Assembly: GCA_976551045.1 (NCBI GenBank)
Contig: CDPCPM010000073.1
Span: forward strand, 31,620,001-31,684,000
Direction of reading: 5' to 3'
DNA: 64,000 nt
Source: Glaucostegus cemiculus
Taxonomy: Eukaryota
Shown here: piece after piece, positions 49,941 to 63,741 of the stretch
How the letters are laid out: each line of letters begins with the position of its first letter
Numbering within the stretch: position 1 is the stretch's first letter
The notes under the pieces: generated by a model
Databases searched by the model: none
The model's input: only the letters and a program-made list of their open reading frames with translations
What the model was told of the DNA's origin: nothing
Program-made: the position numbers and the translations under genes

Positions 49941-51804
49941 TTCAAGTTGAGGGATTTCTGGTTCCAGTTACTCTATTTGTGTTCACAACCAGAGCAAAAG
50001 ACAAGTCTTTTTTTTAAGAAAACAAAGCTACAGGACAAAGCTACAATCCTTCAGGTTCACTCTGAAATGGAATTATTTAGAATTCAATGAGTTTAAATCA
50101 AGAACAAACTGATATAGGGATGGTAAACGTAATTATTTTTATAGAAGGATAAAGTGTACAAAGCCATTTGCTGTTCAATAATAAAAAAGCTCAATGATCT
50201 TTTGGACCACAAAGTGTTTTTCTGATCAACTTACAAATGAAAACTGAAGCAAAAACAAACTTCCGGAAGAACTCAATGTGTCAAGCAGCATCTGCAAGGG
50301 GCAAAGAAATGTTGATGTTTTGGGTCCAGATCCTACATCAAGAGTTCAACCAGATTTTAGCATCTGTAGTCTTGTGTCTCCTTAAAAAAGACTGCTTCAA
50401 TGTATATAAAAATAATTCTCTAGTTCAAACTCACAAGTGATACCATTATTACATCTCCTGGATACAGTATCAAATAAACCTCCAAACACAATACAGCCAT
50501 TTCTCGAGTTATGAAACAGTTGTACTCCTGGAAAACATCTTAAGTGAAATTTCATATTGAAAAGACTAGAAAAAGTGTATTGAGCACAAGGAGTGCCACG
50601 CTATTCATTTGTGATAAATAGTTTCATAAATCAAACTCCAACAAGTTAATGCTTTAAATGGAATACCAACTTTTACATTTAAACTATGCATGGAGAATTT
50701 GTTATTCCCAGGGAACAAAAGCCTCAAGTGTAGAGGAATGGCTGCAGTCAAGAACTTAAGTCTGTAAGAGTAAGGAGAAGGGATGATCTCTTCATTTTGA
50801 TGTGTAAACAGACATTTTGGACTAAGACATGGACTTCATAATGGTCATTGCAATTCAAGTTTATGTTGAGAGTTATGCAAGAATCTCTAATTCCAGAAAT
50901 GAGATTCCCATACATACTGCAGTGGTAACCCTTTCCACTGATAGCTCTTTTATTCATGTTGTTTAATATTAAATGAATTAAGAGGTGACGGTGACCTTCA
51001 AACTGCAAGAGGTGCAATAAAAGATTAAGTAGCTTCCAGAATTTTAGCACCTGTCCGTAAGCATGCATCATAGGAATATTTTGGACTTTGAGATGAACTC
51101 AGAGTTAACACATTCAGAGTCATTTACATCTTGTTTCAGAAAATATCAAAGAGAAACGTAAAAGTCTTAGGAAATGATCAAACATTGACTATACTTAAAA
51201 AAACACATTCTGGGGGTTTTGCTCCACAACTTAAACTGTGAGCAAAATCTGAACTTAGAAAAATTCTGACAGTCCAAAAATAAGTCTTTTTAAAGAAAAG
51301 AGTGGGAAAAGTGAACAAATGGAAAATAAGTAGGGATTTCTTAGATGTTTCTTGGAGTTAAATAATCAAAAGATGACTGTGGTAGTGAACACTTTTATGG
51401 AAATACATTGGGCAGAAAAATTTTTCCAGTGCTCCTGAAAAAGTGGTAAATTTCAAAGGTATATTCTAGATCACAAATAAAAAGTTATTCAAAGTGTTTT
51501 TGAATGGGATGAAATGATCTGAACACCTGGGTATAACTCACCAACTGTCATTAGTTGACTTGCTAAGTTAATCTGAAAAGGGTAGTTGGGTATCATCTTT
51601 CTTCATGAAGTTTGTATTCTTTTTTATGACCATTTTTAGAAAGCAACTTTTGGTGGCCTGACCACATCATCAAAATGGAAAAAGCAGCCTAGACCTCTTT
51701 TTAAAGTTCATCTGAAAGCCAAAGATTGATAACAGGTTACTGCAGTTTGTATGAAAATGTGATTGATTGCTAGAAAGATATCAAACAATGGAAATGCATG
51801 GTCA

Positions 51805-52155
51805 CCAGTATTGAAAGTCCTGGACAGAATGGACGTAAAGATGATGTTTCCATTAGTGGAAGAGTCTAGGACCAGAGGGCACAGCCTCAGAATAGAAGGA
51901 TGTCCCTTTAGAACAAAGAGGAGGAGGAATTTCTTTAGCCAGAGGGTGGTGAATCTATGGAATTCATTGCCACAGACACCTGTAGAGGCCAAGTCACTGG
52001 GTATATTTAAAGTGGAGGTTGATTGGTTCTTGAATGGCAAGGGCATCAAAGGTTACAGGGAGAAGACAGGAGAATGGGGTCATGAGGGAAAAAGAAATCA
52101 GCCAAGATCAAATGGTGGAGCAGACTCAATGGGCCAGATGGCCTAATTCTGCAAT
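51805..52155 (+). mobile_element. CR1 3' fragment
   Basis: LDRMDVKMMFPLVEESRTRGHSLRIEGCPFRTKRRRNFFSQRVVNLWNSLPQ... Confidence 0.9.
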
Positions 52156-53760
52156 GGATCCTGCAATGAAAACAGGCATCAGGCAACATATGACAATGCA
52201 TCATGAAATGGTTAATAAGGCTAACTGCTTAAACCAAGAGGGCAGCGACACAAAGCCCCAAAGAGAAAATGAATGTGAAACAGTTAAGTTAGTCAAAATA
52301 CAAGTGCTTTTAAGACAAATCAAAGCTAGAGTCATAAGCAATAGAGATTTTGGATTGAGGCAGCTGAAGGCAAAGGAAAGGGAATACTTCCAATGATCTC
52401 CTGCAGGATGGAAATGTTTGAAAAGTAGCATAAAAATCTTGTATCCATTTTTGCCATTGAGACTTTGTATATTGGTTATAGTACATAAACAGCAGTGGTG
52501 TATAAATACCATTGAGGCTGACTTTGCTTTAAGTCATGTTGAGTGAATACCTGACTAAAGATAATGAATATCTAAAAAGGCATTTAGAAGATTTACAGGG
52601 AGAGTAGGAGAGATCACAGGCAGTGCCATGCACATATTCAAGAATGAAAAAGGCTCTGCTGCAAGAACAGTCTAGTCAGCTGAGAAGTACTAGTCAGGGG
52701 AAATGAGCAAGTTTGGGGTGTGTCTGATTTCTCTAAAGGGTGTGCTTGATCATCACAATGGGACAGAAGAATCAGGACATTATTGTCTGGTGGGCTTACT
52801 TGGGTAAATTGCCAAGTATCAACACAAAAAGGGAGCATGGCAGGGTGTAAGAGGTGCACTAACAGGTTGGAGAATATTCAATGGCATTCATAAACTGAGG
52901 CAGCTGGAATAAAGCATATTATAGCAGAACAAGTATCCCTGTCCAACTAAACAAGGCAGACTTGATTTGTATAATTGAACTAAAACTCAGATGAGCAGTT
53001 TATTGGCTTTAAATTGGTATATTTAGAGAAAAGAAACTTGCTCCACTGTGTTTTTATGGCAGGAGTGAGAACTCAGAAATATGGACAAACAATAGGATAA
53101 TACTGGGAGATAAAGACATTTACTTGTTGTTTCATGTGAATACAGACAAGGGGGATAGCTACATGGTGACCTCTGGAGGAATGTGGCAATCATTTTGGGT
53201 TAATCATGACAGATAACTAATTAAATGTATATTGGTCAAGAAAATTCTCATCCACAATATCTAACCTTAGAATTGATTGAGGTCATGGTATAACAACGTT
53301 ATGATGTGAGATTTTAGTTCATCCTGGAGCTGTCTCTGGGTGGCTTTCTTGGATATGCACAACTAAATCAGTGAATGAAGGAACTAGAGAGCAGACTGAT
53401 TACCACAGGTGCATTGGGCAAATGAACTTCCATAAGCCTCAACAAGTACACTCATTTTGCAGTAGAAGATTTGAAAATCACTGTGGGAGCCATTTTGTAC
53501 ACCTACAAGAAGCTGTAAAGCAATGGGCTTTGGGAAAACACTTGCAACACCTTATAATGATACAACCTTAAGCCAAATTCTCTTTTCATTACAATGCCCT
53601 TCTGCAGAGGCATACAAAGCACTATTTCCAATGAATAATGCAGCTGAGACAGTCATTTACAAACAATTCTTTACAGTTGTGACAACCATTCAACAGTTAG
53701 TTCTTTATGAAAATTTGCAAACTAACAGTGGAATCAAAATACCCAGGCATGTGCCAATCA

Positions 53761-53990
53761 ATAGCGTAGCGGTTAGCGCAACGCTATTACAGTGCCAGTG
53801 ATCGGGGTTCGATTCCCATCACTGTCTGTAAGGAGTTTGTACATTCTCCCGTGTCTGCATGGGTTTCCTCCGGTTTCCTCCCACATTCTGAAAGACGTAC
53901 GGGTAGGTTAATTTGGGGGTTAAAAATGGGTGGCGTGGACTCGGAGGGCCGAAAGGGCCTGTTACCACGTTGTAAATAAAATTTAAATTT
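53761..53990 (+). mobile_element. V-SINE subfamily A
   Basis: Close copy of 310-556. Confidence 0.85.
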
Positions 53991-54689
53991 AAAAAAAAAT
54001 TTAAAATACAGAAACTGTTGTACGCAAAGTTCTAAATTAAACAAAGTAAATGGTACACAGGCTATACTGCAGACTTAATTAATCTCATTTTGTTTTGTGT
54101 TCATGTCGAATGCAACTTGGCCTTTGAAAGCCAAGTGTCCCAGCATGAAAAAAAACACTACACTGATCCAAACTCTCTCTTTAGTGTTGCACATTCAACC
54201 TTTGGGAAGTGAAAAGGCTTCTGAATTGTTGAAAGATTTCCATGTATTAACTTTTCCTAACCTTTCTAGATTCCACACCAATCCTGTTTTGCACTCCCTG
54301 ACTTAATTCTTTTCAACTTTCCATTTTTAAATGTAAAAAGGTTTAAATGCTTTTCCAAATTCAAGATCATATACAGTTTTAGAAACAAAATACACTAACA
54401 AAGTCATACTAAATCAAAGTTATCAATACATTTACTATCTTCCATGCTCACCCTTTCACAAACACACCATGGCCACTTGCTCCAGTTGTCAATACTACCA
54501 GTCAGTGAATAAACTGCTACTAATCAGCACTGCATATACTTAATACTCCACTCTCCAACAAGACAAAGAACTGCCTGAGCAATCAGTTGGTAGCAAAGAT
54601 GACTTAGGTCCCTTATGGCTTTGTGGATTCTGAGGTAACTAACCAAGCCTGGATAGGAATCGCAGACTCTTCCACAGATGCAATGCACT

Positions 54690-54801
54690 CTGTACTAACT
54701 CAGTGCAACTGCACTGTGTAATGAATTGGCCTGTGCAATTGGTATGCAAGACAAGTTTTTCACTGTACCTCAGTACAAGTGAAAATAATAAACCAATACC
54801 A
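54690..54801 (+). mobile_element. Short LINE 3'-tail fragment (probably Rex-Babar type)
   Basis: atgcaagacaagtttttcactgtacctcagtacaagtgaaaataataaaccaatacca. Confidence 0.45.
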
Positions 54802-54829
54802 GATGGGGCAGGTTGTGGGTGACATAGCA

Positions 54830-55870
54830 GGTGGGCAGTTAGTAAGGTGATCAACTCCTTCCACCGATCTTGAAAGGCCTCTGTGTACCTGACACATGGC
54901 CTCAAGGTTTTTGACACCATTTCAAATGTTTCTTCACCATTTTGAGCAGTCATGGGCCACATGTTCCCAGGAAGTCATGGGGATGTTGCATTTCTTCAAT
55001 GAGGCTTTGAGCAGATCCCTGAACGTTTTTCTCCCCCTGTCTGTATGATCATCTCCTTGCATGATAGTGTCTGCTTAGGAATTTGGTGTTTGGCATGTGG
55101 ATGATGTTGCCAGCCCATCACAGTTGATTGAGTAAACCTAGGGCCTCAATACTGCAGATATAGACTTGGGAGAGGACAATGATACTGGTTCACTTGTGCT
55201 TCCAGAGAATTTGGAGGATTTTGCAGAGAAAGTGATTGTGGTATCCAGTATCTTGAAATGCCTGCTGCCAATAGTCCAAGTCTCAGAAAAAGAGAGAAGA
55301 AATCACTGCTGCCCACAGTCCAGGTTTGAGGTCTTGAACTTCAAAACGCTTCTCCACAATTGACGAAAGACTGCACACGTGCATTGAAACAAATGGCGAG
55401 TTTCATCATAAATATCTGCCTTTGCCAAAAAGTGGCTCGAGCATAAGAAGTGTTCCATCTTTACCTGGCCCTGGGCATCAATCTCTATTGATGGAGAGCA
55501 AAATGGTGCAGCGGGAACAGGTTGATAAAAGAACTTTTGTCTTGTGGGTATTGAATTTAAGTGTCCTTAAACACAAGTAGCTTCTGCATACTGCAACCCC
55601 ACGACCGAGTTTGGAGTAATTTTGGTTCTGGGGTGTAGTTGCTATAGGTTGAAGAGGTTACCATTAGTTCTGAAGATTGCCTCCACCCCAGCAAAAAGTT
55701 TGTTGGAAGTAAGCTACAACACTACAGCAAGAAAGTTTGGAAGAAATGTTGGGGCAGTGATGCAGTCTTGTTTGACACCAGTCTTCACTGAGAATGGTTC
55801 TGCTGTAGAGCCATTGGTTAACATCATGAACTCACATGTTGTCACGAACCAAGCACAATGGAGATGAATT
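54830..55870 (-). mobile_element. RTE-clade LINE fragment (degenerate)
   Basis: Minus-strand peptides NGSTAEPFSVKTGVKQDCITAPT and FRDLLKASLKKCNIP..SWEHVAHDCSKW. Confidence 0.75.
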
Positions 55871-56479
55871 TCTGTGGTATGGCAGCACAAGAGGGTTCAA
55901 GGGAGATTTAAAACAGATTTGAGAAGTTCGGTTAGGGCAAGATTATCTCGACTGTTTATTATTTGTAAAGGAAGAAGATGGGAAAATGACATCAAGCTCT
56001 GGAAGAAGACATTTCTATTTCCAGAGACCAATAACTAGAGGACACAGATTTAAGTTAATACAATAAGAATCAACTGGCTCAGACTGCATAATGGAATTAG
56101 TCTCAAATTTCTTTTTTGACTGGCATGGACACAATCATTACTTCTGCTATACATTTCTGTGAGCAATTCACTACTTCCAAGATCACAGTACCTTTTACAA
56201 TATTGATCATATTTAAGTAGAGAACTGTGTAAATTTTCTCCCCCAAAGCAAAATCAAACAAAATTACACAGAAGAGTAAGTGACATTCCAGAGTAGTAAT
56301 GCTCTGTCCCAATCCTGTAAAGTTTTAAAAGCTATAGCATCAGTGCTACCTTTCCCCAGATTTTCTGCTGCAAACTTGGGTGTTTCCAGCAGGATTGTGT
56401 GGGGTACTAAAAGAAGAAGTCAATCTGATAAAACTGATTAGAGCCAATGTGACAAGTTAATAAAAAGTTTGCATCTCAC

Positions 56480-56548
56480 CTTCCATTTGTAGCCTGCAAC
56501 TGGACTTGTATCCAACCTCTTTACTGTGGATGGCTCAGGGAAAGCATC
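56480..56548 (-). CDS. GLYR1: GLYR1 exon 6 (DAFPEPSTVKRLDTSPVAGYKWK)
   Basis: 69 nt, cag / gtgaga. Confidence 0.88.
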
Positions 56549-56831
56549 CTGAAAAAAATAAAACACTATAAATGCACATTACAAATACTTCCAGTGCATA
56601 ACAATTTTGTGAATGTATTTGCTTCAACTAGTCTGTGAGATAAAATGAGAGTTTTGTGAACCCAAGACATCTGATCACAGGCTGTTTTTATCGTGAGAGT
56701 AACTTGGAATGCACTGGAGGTATCTGGGAGCAGGTCTCAATCACAGACTCTGTCTGATTTATGGAAAAAGTAAAATATAGCCAACACACCCCATCCAAAA
56801 GGACTTTTTCATTCTTCTACCCAAAACCAAC

Positions 56832-56963
56832 CTTTTCTTCTTTAGGTGGTCGACCCCTCTTCCTTGTATTGTGCTCTGAAACTTCTGCTGTGGAGGAATT
56901 TTGTCTTTTGTCTTCTGATGAAATATGTTTGTTTTTATCTTCTGATGCGGTAAGTGCAGATAC
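56832..56963 (-). CDS. GLYR1: GLYR1 exon 5 (VSALTASEDK...TRKRGRPPKEEK; AT-hook)
   Basis: 132 nt, tag / gttggt; RKRGRPPK motif. Confidence 0.92.
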
Positions 56964-58789
56964 CTAAAAATAATTAGTTTAAAATGAAGGTACCCACCAA
57001 TAATTCAGAAATCTGTAAGAAGTTACTTGAAGTGACATACATTGTGTGAAACACCATTTAAAAGACCCTACCACTGATGTACTTTGTCTCATCCATTTGG
57101 AGTTTTGAAATATAGCTGAATGTGCAGGATTTTGTTTTAAATTAACAAAGGTCAACACTTGCTGCACAAAGTCACAGCTTTCAAGAGACAAGACTGTATT
57201 CTAGATAAGTCTCCCCTTAAGAGAGCTGGCGTATGCCTGATGGACCAAATAGTCTCCTGTACTGTAGCAATTCTATGATTCTCAAGGATAGCTGGACACA
57301 TTAGGATTTCCAAGATATATCCAAGTGAACTAAATATTGCAGATGATGTTCATGACCCTTTCTGTGCAAAAGTCAATACATAAATAGACTTAATTATCAA
57401 ACCAAAATACTTTTTCTTTAAAAACAAACTGCTTGGCTGCACACAGTAGTAGTCCATTTAAGATAAAAAGCATTAACATGCAAATATAGCTAATATCCAA
57501 GAATTCAAACCGATCAACGAGAAAAAAAATCTTGACATTCAAAACCCTTATGAAATCCAAACAAAAAACGAAAAGGTATATTCCAGACAGGGTCTTTTGA
57601 GTTCATGCTTTCAGAGATAGAGCTTAAAATGATCAACTTTAAGGTTCCCCAGGGGGCATTAAATCAAGTTTAATTGAGGTGTTAACTATTTCAAAAAAGC
57701 ATTCAAATCGTAGAAAATTAAATTCTCTCAAAGGAAATTTGCTATTTGTTATATTAAAAGGACTTGCATTAACATCAAAGTCCAAGTTGTAGTTTGGAGA
57801 GATCAATTATTTTTACCCAAAGATTACAAGTCAATTTAGCAAACTAATTACAATGATGCAATTCTATTCAATCCTTTGACAAAATTAAATCTGATGTTGT
57901 GCACATGAAGTCACAATCCAGTCCACAGGGGGGCATATGCTCACTTTAGAGACATTGGGCATGTGGCAAATAACTAAATTATTCGTACCAAAAGCAAGGA
58001 GGAAGAAAATAGATTACGGAAAACAAAGGAAAATAGAAAATCTCTGCTGTTAGAAATCGTAAAAATGGCAAGACACTGCAGTAAAGGATATCAATTTCAA
58101 AATGGTGATGGAGGGGAACATTAGAGAAGAGAAATCCTTTTATGGTTACTCTTTGCCGAGTTTACAGCAGGGACTCAGATGTTTTTCATACTGCTATGGC
58201 TTCCATAAGATTCCAGAGGTGAAATTCTTAAGCAATACACCTAGCTTCCAAAATACATTATATTTCATTTATAATGCCAACATATTAGGGTTACTTAAGT
58301 TCCTAAATTTAACATACCTGATAGAATACATGTTATATTAAAATTTAGGAGATTTGACTATTATAATATGCAAAATAAAAGCAATCAGGCACAAAAGTCA
58401 GCTACGCAGCTAGTTATCAGTCAGCAATTTTGCAGCCCACTGATTCGATCAACAACTTACCAGAGACATAAAAGGACAATGCTCAGCAGATACTGCTGTG
58501 AAACAAAGCTTCTAATTTCAATACCTCCGAGACAGAGTGTAAAGTTTTATTTGCCAATTCCATTTTTAAAATTAAGTGAATTTTTAAGAGCAAAGTCTGA
58601 GGGAAACAGAAGGGAAATAGTGGTACATGGCATTGCAGTAAATTGGAACAGATAACAGAGACCAAGCCTGCTATTGAAACTGTCTCTATCACATTAACGT
58701 AGTGCATTCCACATGATATCTATAAGCTGTGTATTAAAGCTTCTCTCCCCACCCCCCCCTCCCCAAACTACAGACCTTTGCCAATCACT

Positions 58790-59400
58790 TTAAATGGGAG
58801 ATAAAGCATTCAAAATCTCAGGTCCTTCACTCCCTTGACCTCCTCTGCACAGCTAATGTGAACAGTTTTCCTCCCTTTTTGACTTATCCAAACCAGTTCA
58901 GATCCAATATGTATCAGATAAATGACTTTAAGCTTCTCTAAGAAGAATGACCCCACATTATCTAGTCAATTCTCGTATTCAAAACCCATTACCCTGGAGC
59001 CATTTTAAATAATTTCTTTAGGACCTGCTCTCCCTAAAATGCAGTGACCAAACTGGAAGTAATACTCAATTATGGCTTAACCAATGTTTTATGATGGTTC
59101 AATACTGACTCTGTACATTTTGTGCTCTGCCTCTATTTATAAAATGCACATTTCCATAAGCTTTGTTAACCACTTTCTCAAGCTACCCTATTTCAAATAC
59201 CTATTCAAGTGTACATCCAGGTGTCTATGTTATTTCTTTCTAAAGTGAAGTCAATACCACTGTCCCTTAGTCTTCCTCCCTGAATAAATTCCTCAGACTT
59301 CCCGACATTTCACCTTCCACTTGTGTAACCTTCCCAGCAGCATTTGTCTTTTGCAACCATTATCCTCCTCCCTATTTAACATAACCAATTATCATACCAT
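58790..59400 (-). mobile_element. Highly degenerate CR1 fragment
   Basis: aaaatgcagtgaccaaactggaagtaatactc...ttaaccaatgttttat; boundaries approximate. Confidence 0.45.
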
Positions 59401-60109
59401 CTGCCACAAGCATACACCAAGTTAAACAACTGGAACGAATGGGCACAAACTTTTAATTGATATAAATTAAATTTCAAATGAAGTTAATTTTGTCTGCACG
59501 TGTTAGCATTCTAATTTTAAAATCCATTTAATTTTCAGTTTATTCAACTATTGGAATACTTTTGAACACCAGACATTCAGAAGCATTCAATTTAGCAACG
59601 GTTTGCAGGGCAAAACCATATCCTGGCAGCATAGTTAACCACAATTAGCTCAAATAGCCTTTCTTCTGTGTTGGATCTCTCCAATCAGTTGGGAACCAGC
59701 CTCCCGACAAAAGACTGCGCCAAGCAGTCCCCAGAAGAAACAGTATTCCAAAGCAAGCAGTTGGCAATATCAGGGTCAGCGGGTCTTCAGCAACATCTGC
59801 CTTAATACTGCAAACCATTTCTTTCCTTCTTTCACATCTTTCCAGTCCAAACAATGTTTGTCTCAGTTTTTGTCAATCCATAGTCCACACATCTGCGATT
59901 GCAGATTAACCTTATTCAGCACACTTTACACTTGTATGCCTCTAAACTTATCAACTTTATTGTAAGCTCTGATAGTGCATACCCAAGTTTTATTTCTTTC
60001 TCCCCTGCTATGTGACACTCGAGTCCTCTGTGCAACTAATCCCTGCATTTTAAATGGCATTCAGCAGTGCCCAACCCATGCCAAGTAACAAAAAACATCA
60101 AGAACAAAT

Positions 60110-61412
60110 AGGTCATTTTCGGGTGGAAGGCTATGATTAGTGGGAAGCCATAGGGAATGGGCCCCAATTGTTTGCAATCTAGTCAATTTGGATTCTGGAA
60201 TCAAATGTAATGTATCCAAGTTATGTCATGATACAAATCTGAGGGACAGTGTGGTCTAAAATAAGACAAAGGATTCAAGGGAATACAGATTGTTTAAGTG
60301 AATAGGCAAGAAAGTGACTGATGTGAAAGATGTGAGATCATCCACAAAAGAAAGGTGAAGGACTTTTTTTTCTAAAAATTCTTCTAAATTAAAGAGTGCT
60401 GGTGTTCAGAGCAACTGGCTGTCCTGTACACAAATCACAGAAAGTTCAACAATTAAAGGCGGCAAATGGTATTGCATGAGATTTTTCAATTATATAGAGC
60501 CCTGGTATCTGGAATATTGTATTTGAGTCTTGTCTCCCTTACGAAGGACATACTTGCAATGGAGGTAGTGAAGTGAAAGTTCACCATGTTGATTTCAGGA
60601 ATGGTGGATTTGTCTAACGAGGACATACAAGGCAGATGTGGTGATCACGATGAAATTCTTATTGGACTCTATAGTATTGATACTGAGTTAATGTTCCCTA
60701 TGGCTTGGTGCCCAGAAATAGGAAACTGTCTCAAGATAATAGATCATCCATTCAGGACAGATGTGAAGAAATTTCACCAGCCAGAGAATGCTGAATCTTT
60801 GAAATTCTCTATCCACAAGGGTTGTGGTGAGAAAGAGAATAGCAATGGAGTAAATACATTTTCCAGGCACAGGCGATTTTGCTATGCACCTTCCTATGGA
60901 AACACATATTCCTTGCAATTCTACCCTCCACTGTATCAAAACATGTGTTTGCCTTGAAGACCATCACTGTGGATTCACCAGATTGATTCTTGGAACAATA
61001 AGATTGTCCCATGAGAGACTGAGTATGATTGCCCTATATTCACAAATGCTTTGAAGAAGGGGTATCATTTAATTAAGTTATTGACAACTTTGAAAGGACT
61101 TGAAAGAGTAAACAGGAGAGTCCATTTCCAGCTGAAGAATCTTAAAGCAAAGGCAATTTTAGAATAAGGAGATGTTCATCTGAGATGGCATTATTTCTTT
61201 ATTCCCAAATCTGTAAAATCCTTAAGAATTATCTACTCTAGAAAGCTCTGGGTGTTAAGTAATTGAGTATATTCACGGTAGAGAGAGTTTTAAGTTGAAG
61301 GATACAGAGATTGGGCAGGATAGTTGGCTTGAGGTAAGCTCCAGCCATGATCTTAAGGAATTGCAAAGCAGACTTCAAGGTCTCTTTGACCTATTCCTGC
61401 TTCTAACTATAT
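60110..61412 (+). mobile_element. Degenerate CR1 fragments (at least two)
   Basis: RT and 3' motifs (tatccaagttatgtcatgatacaaa; ctggaatattgt; cagccatgatct...tattcctgcttctaact). Confidence 0.6.
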
Positions 61413-61660
61413 GGATGAAGTGGGTAAGGAGCATCAGCACCCTGCAGGCATATTTAAAATGTATGAGAAGCTCTAAAACTAGCAACACCAAAAGTAGCAT
61501 TGCCCAATTAAGTAATAGAAGCAGCCCCATATGGATAGAAATTAGTTGTCAGTCATGCTGAAGTTACATACAATTGCATCCTATGGCTCTCTGGCTATCC
61601 TCTCAAGCCAAACAGGAAGCATAATTTTTTTAATTCACCAGATATACAATGTTACCTTAC

Positions 61661-61784
61661 CTTGGATTTAATGAATTCCTCAACTGCATCCACTGCCTGT
61701 TGAAAGCGTTTCCCTTTGGTAATTTTTATCATTTCCTCTTTGTGAAGATGGTAGGATTTAAGTTGGTCAACTTTGATCCATGCA
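61661..61784 (-). CDS. GLYR1: GLYR1 exon 4 ([41 protein letters not shown]; PWWP C-terminal part)
   Basis: 124 nt, cag / gtaagg. Confidence 0.95.
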
Positions 61785-62450
61785 CTGCAACAAAATTTAA
61801 ATCAGTTCCCAGATTCATATACTTTGAATTAATGAAAAATTTATTCTAAAATCATTACCACTTCTTGAGATTTGCCATTAAAAATATACACTGAACTTTT
61901 ACTGTGCCTTGATACAACATGATACTGTCCCAATTCATTTATATTGCACATCTCAGTCACAGCTACTGTATCTGAGGACAATGCAATTAGCTACTGAATA
62001 CAACTTCCCAGTTAAACATAAAATTTCAAGAAGACACCAGGATTATAATGAGCATGATCAGCCAATTTAGATGCATAGGAGAATAATTATAAAGTAAAAA
62101 GAGATCAATACTGGAGTGTTGGAGAAAGTAGAGTTAAAATGTTCAGCCTAAGATAGTGAAGAACTTTGTGAATTTCATGAAGCAGCTCATGACAGCCTAC
62201 ACTATGTTCCATAATCTGCTAGTGCTGAAGAAAACCAAAATGCCCACACAAGATCCTTTCATGAATCAACTTGTTACACAAATGTAGGATAATTTCCCAA
62301 GGCACATTTGTTTCAGAATTCTTTAGGCACAAGAATTAAAAAAAGTAACTACAATAAAATTAAAAATATTGAAATACGGCTCATAAGCTTAAATGTTGTT
62401 AAACAAAATTAATGTACAAGCACAAAATGACATGTTTTAGAAAGTACACT

Positions 62451-63741
62451 TTATCAAGTCCTATCCAATCTAATATTTTCTTTGAACCATCTAGAATTGA
62501 CTTAGCTTTTTCTTTATGGAAAATGAAAGGAATAACATGTTTTCGTGATTTATTCATTGATAACTATTTCATGTCTTTTGAACAGTTGTCTAATAAATAC
62601 AATTTGCCTAGATCACATGTTTTTCAATATCTACAGATTAGAAACTTTTTAAAAGTCACTTTACCTCCTTTTCCGATGCTATATAAAACTGAAATTACGG
62701 GAAAAATCTTAGGTTTTAATCCTTATCAGAAGGGCTTGATAGCAGTAATTTATGATCTGATTATGAAAATATATCTAGAGACACTTGATAAAATTAAGAA
62801 TGAATGGGAAAGAGAACTCCAAATACTCTTACCTATAGAGACATGGAAGAAAATTCTCCAATTAGTTAACACTTCCTCAATCTGTGCTAGACACTCTTTG
62901 ATACAGTTTAAAGTGATCCACAGGACCCATATGTCGAAGGACAAGTTTGCCTGTTTTTATCACCATACAAACCCTATATGTGACAGATGTAATTCGGAGG
63001 TGGCTTCCCTGACACATATGTTTTGGTCTTGTCCTCTTTTGGAAAAATATTGTAAAGACATTTTTAATATTATTTCAACTGTATTGAATATTGATTTACA
63101 ACCCCATCCTATTACTGCAATTTTTGGATCACCAATGATAGATTCTGGCCACTTATCCACTTCTGCTTGTCGTATGATTGTTTTTGTTACATTAATGGCC
63201 AAGAGATCCATTCTATTTAAATGGAAGGACCTATACGCCTACTACATTTCAATGGTTTTCTCAAACTATAACATGTTTAAACTTAGAAAAAATTAGAAGC
63301 GGTACTGTTGATCCTTCACTTAAATTTAAGGAAGTTTAGAGTCCATTTGTTCAGTATTTCCATACGATACAAGCTGACCTTTGTCGAATCCCCTTCAATA
63401 ACCTCTGAATATAGAGGAGCGGAGCTGACGACATAAGAATGATCTTTTAAAATCAAAGAAATGTTAGTCCAGTTTTTTTTCGAAGCTTTTGGTTTGCTTT
63501 TGTTTAATATTATGTATTTCTTTGATTTGGGTTTGTTTCCTTCATATAATTAAATTTCTTCAATTATTTTTTTCTCTATCAAGAGTGAGTGAGGTCTAGA
63601 TTATATTTTACTCCTTGTGAGTATAAATATTAACTGTCATTATTGTAATCCCAATCTCTTTGTATCATACGTACAATTATTAATATTATGTACATCAATT
63701 TGAATTAATTTGAAATTCAATAGAAAGATTGAAAAAGAAAA
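62451..63741 (+). mobile_element. L1/Tx1-clade LINE, 5'-truncated, flanked by a 12-bp TSD
   Basis: ORF2 C-terminus with CCHC knuckle CDRC...THMFWSCP; frameshift near 63230; (gaaaaa)n tail; agaaagtacact at 62439-62450 and 63742-63753. Confidence 0.9.

Noticed and set aside
62412-63296. 294-aa ORF as a domesticated host gene
   Set aside because: 5'-truncated LINE ORF2 end with TSDs, a frameshift and a downstream stop; the ATG comes from flanking DNA
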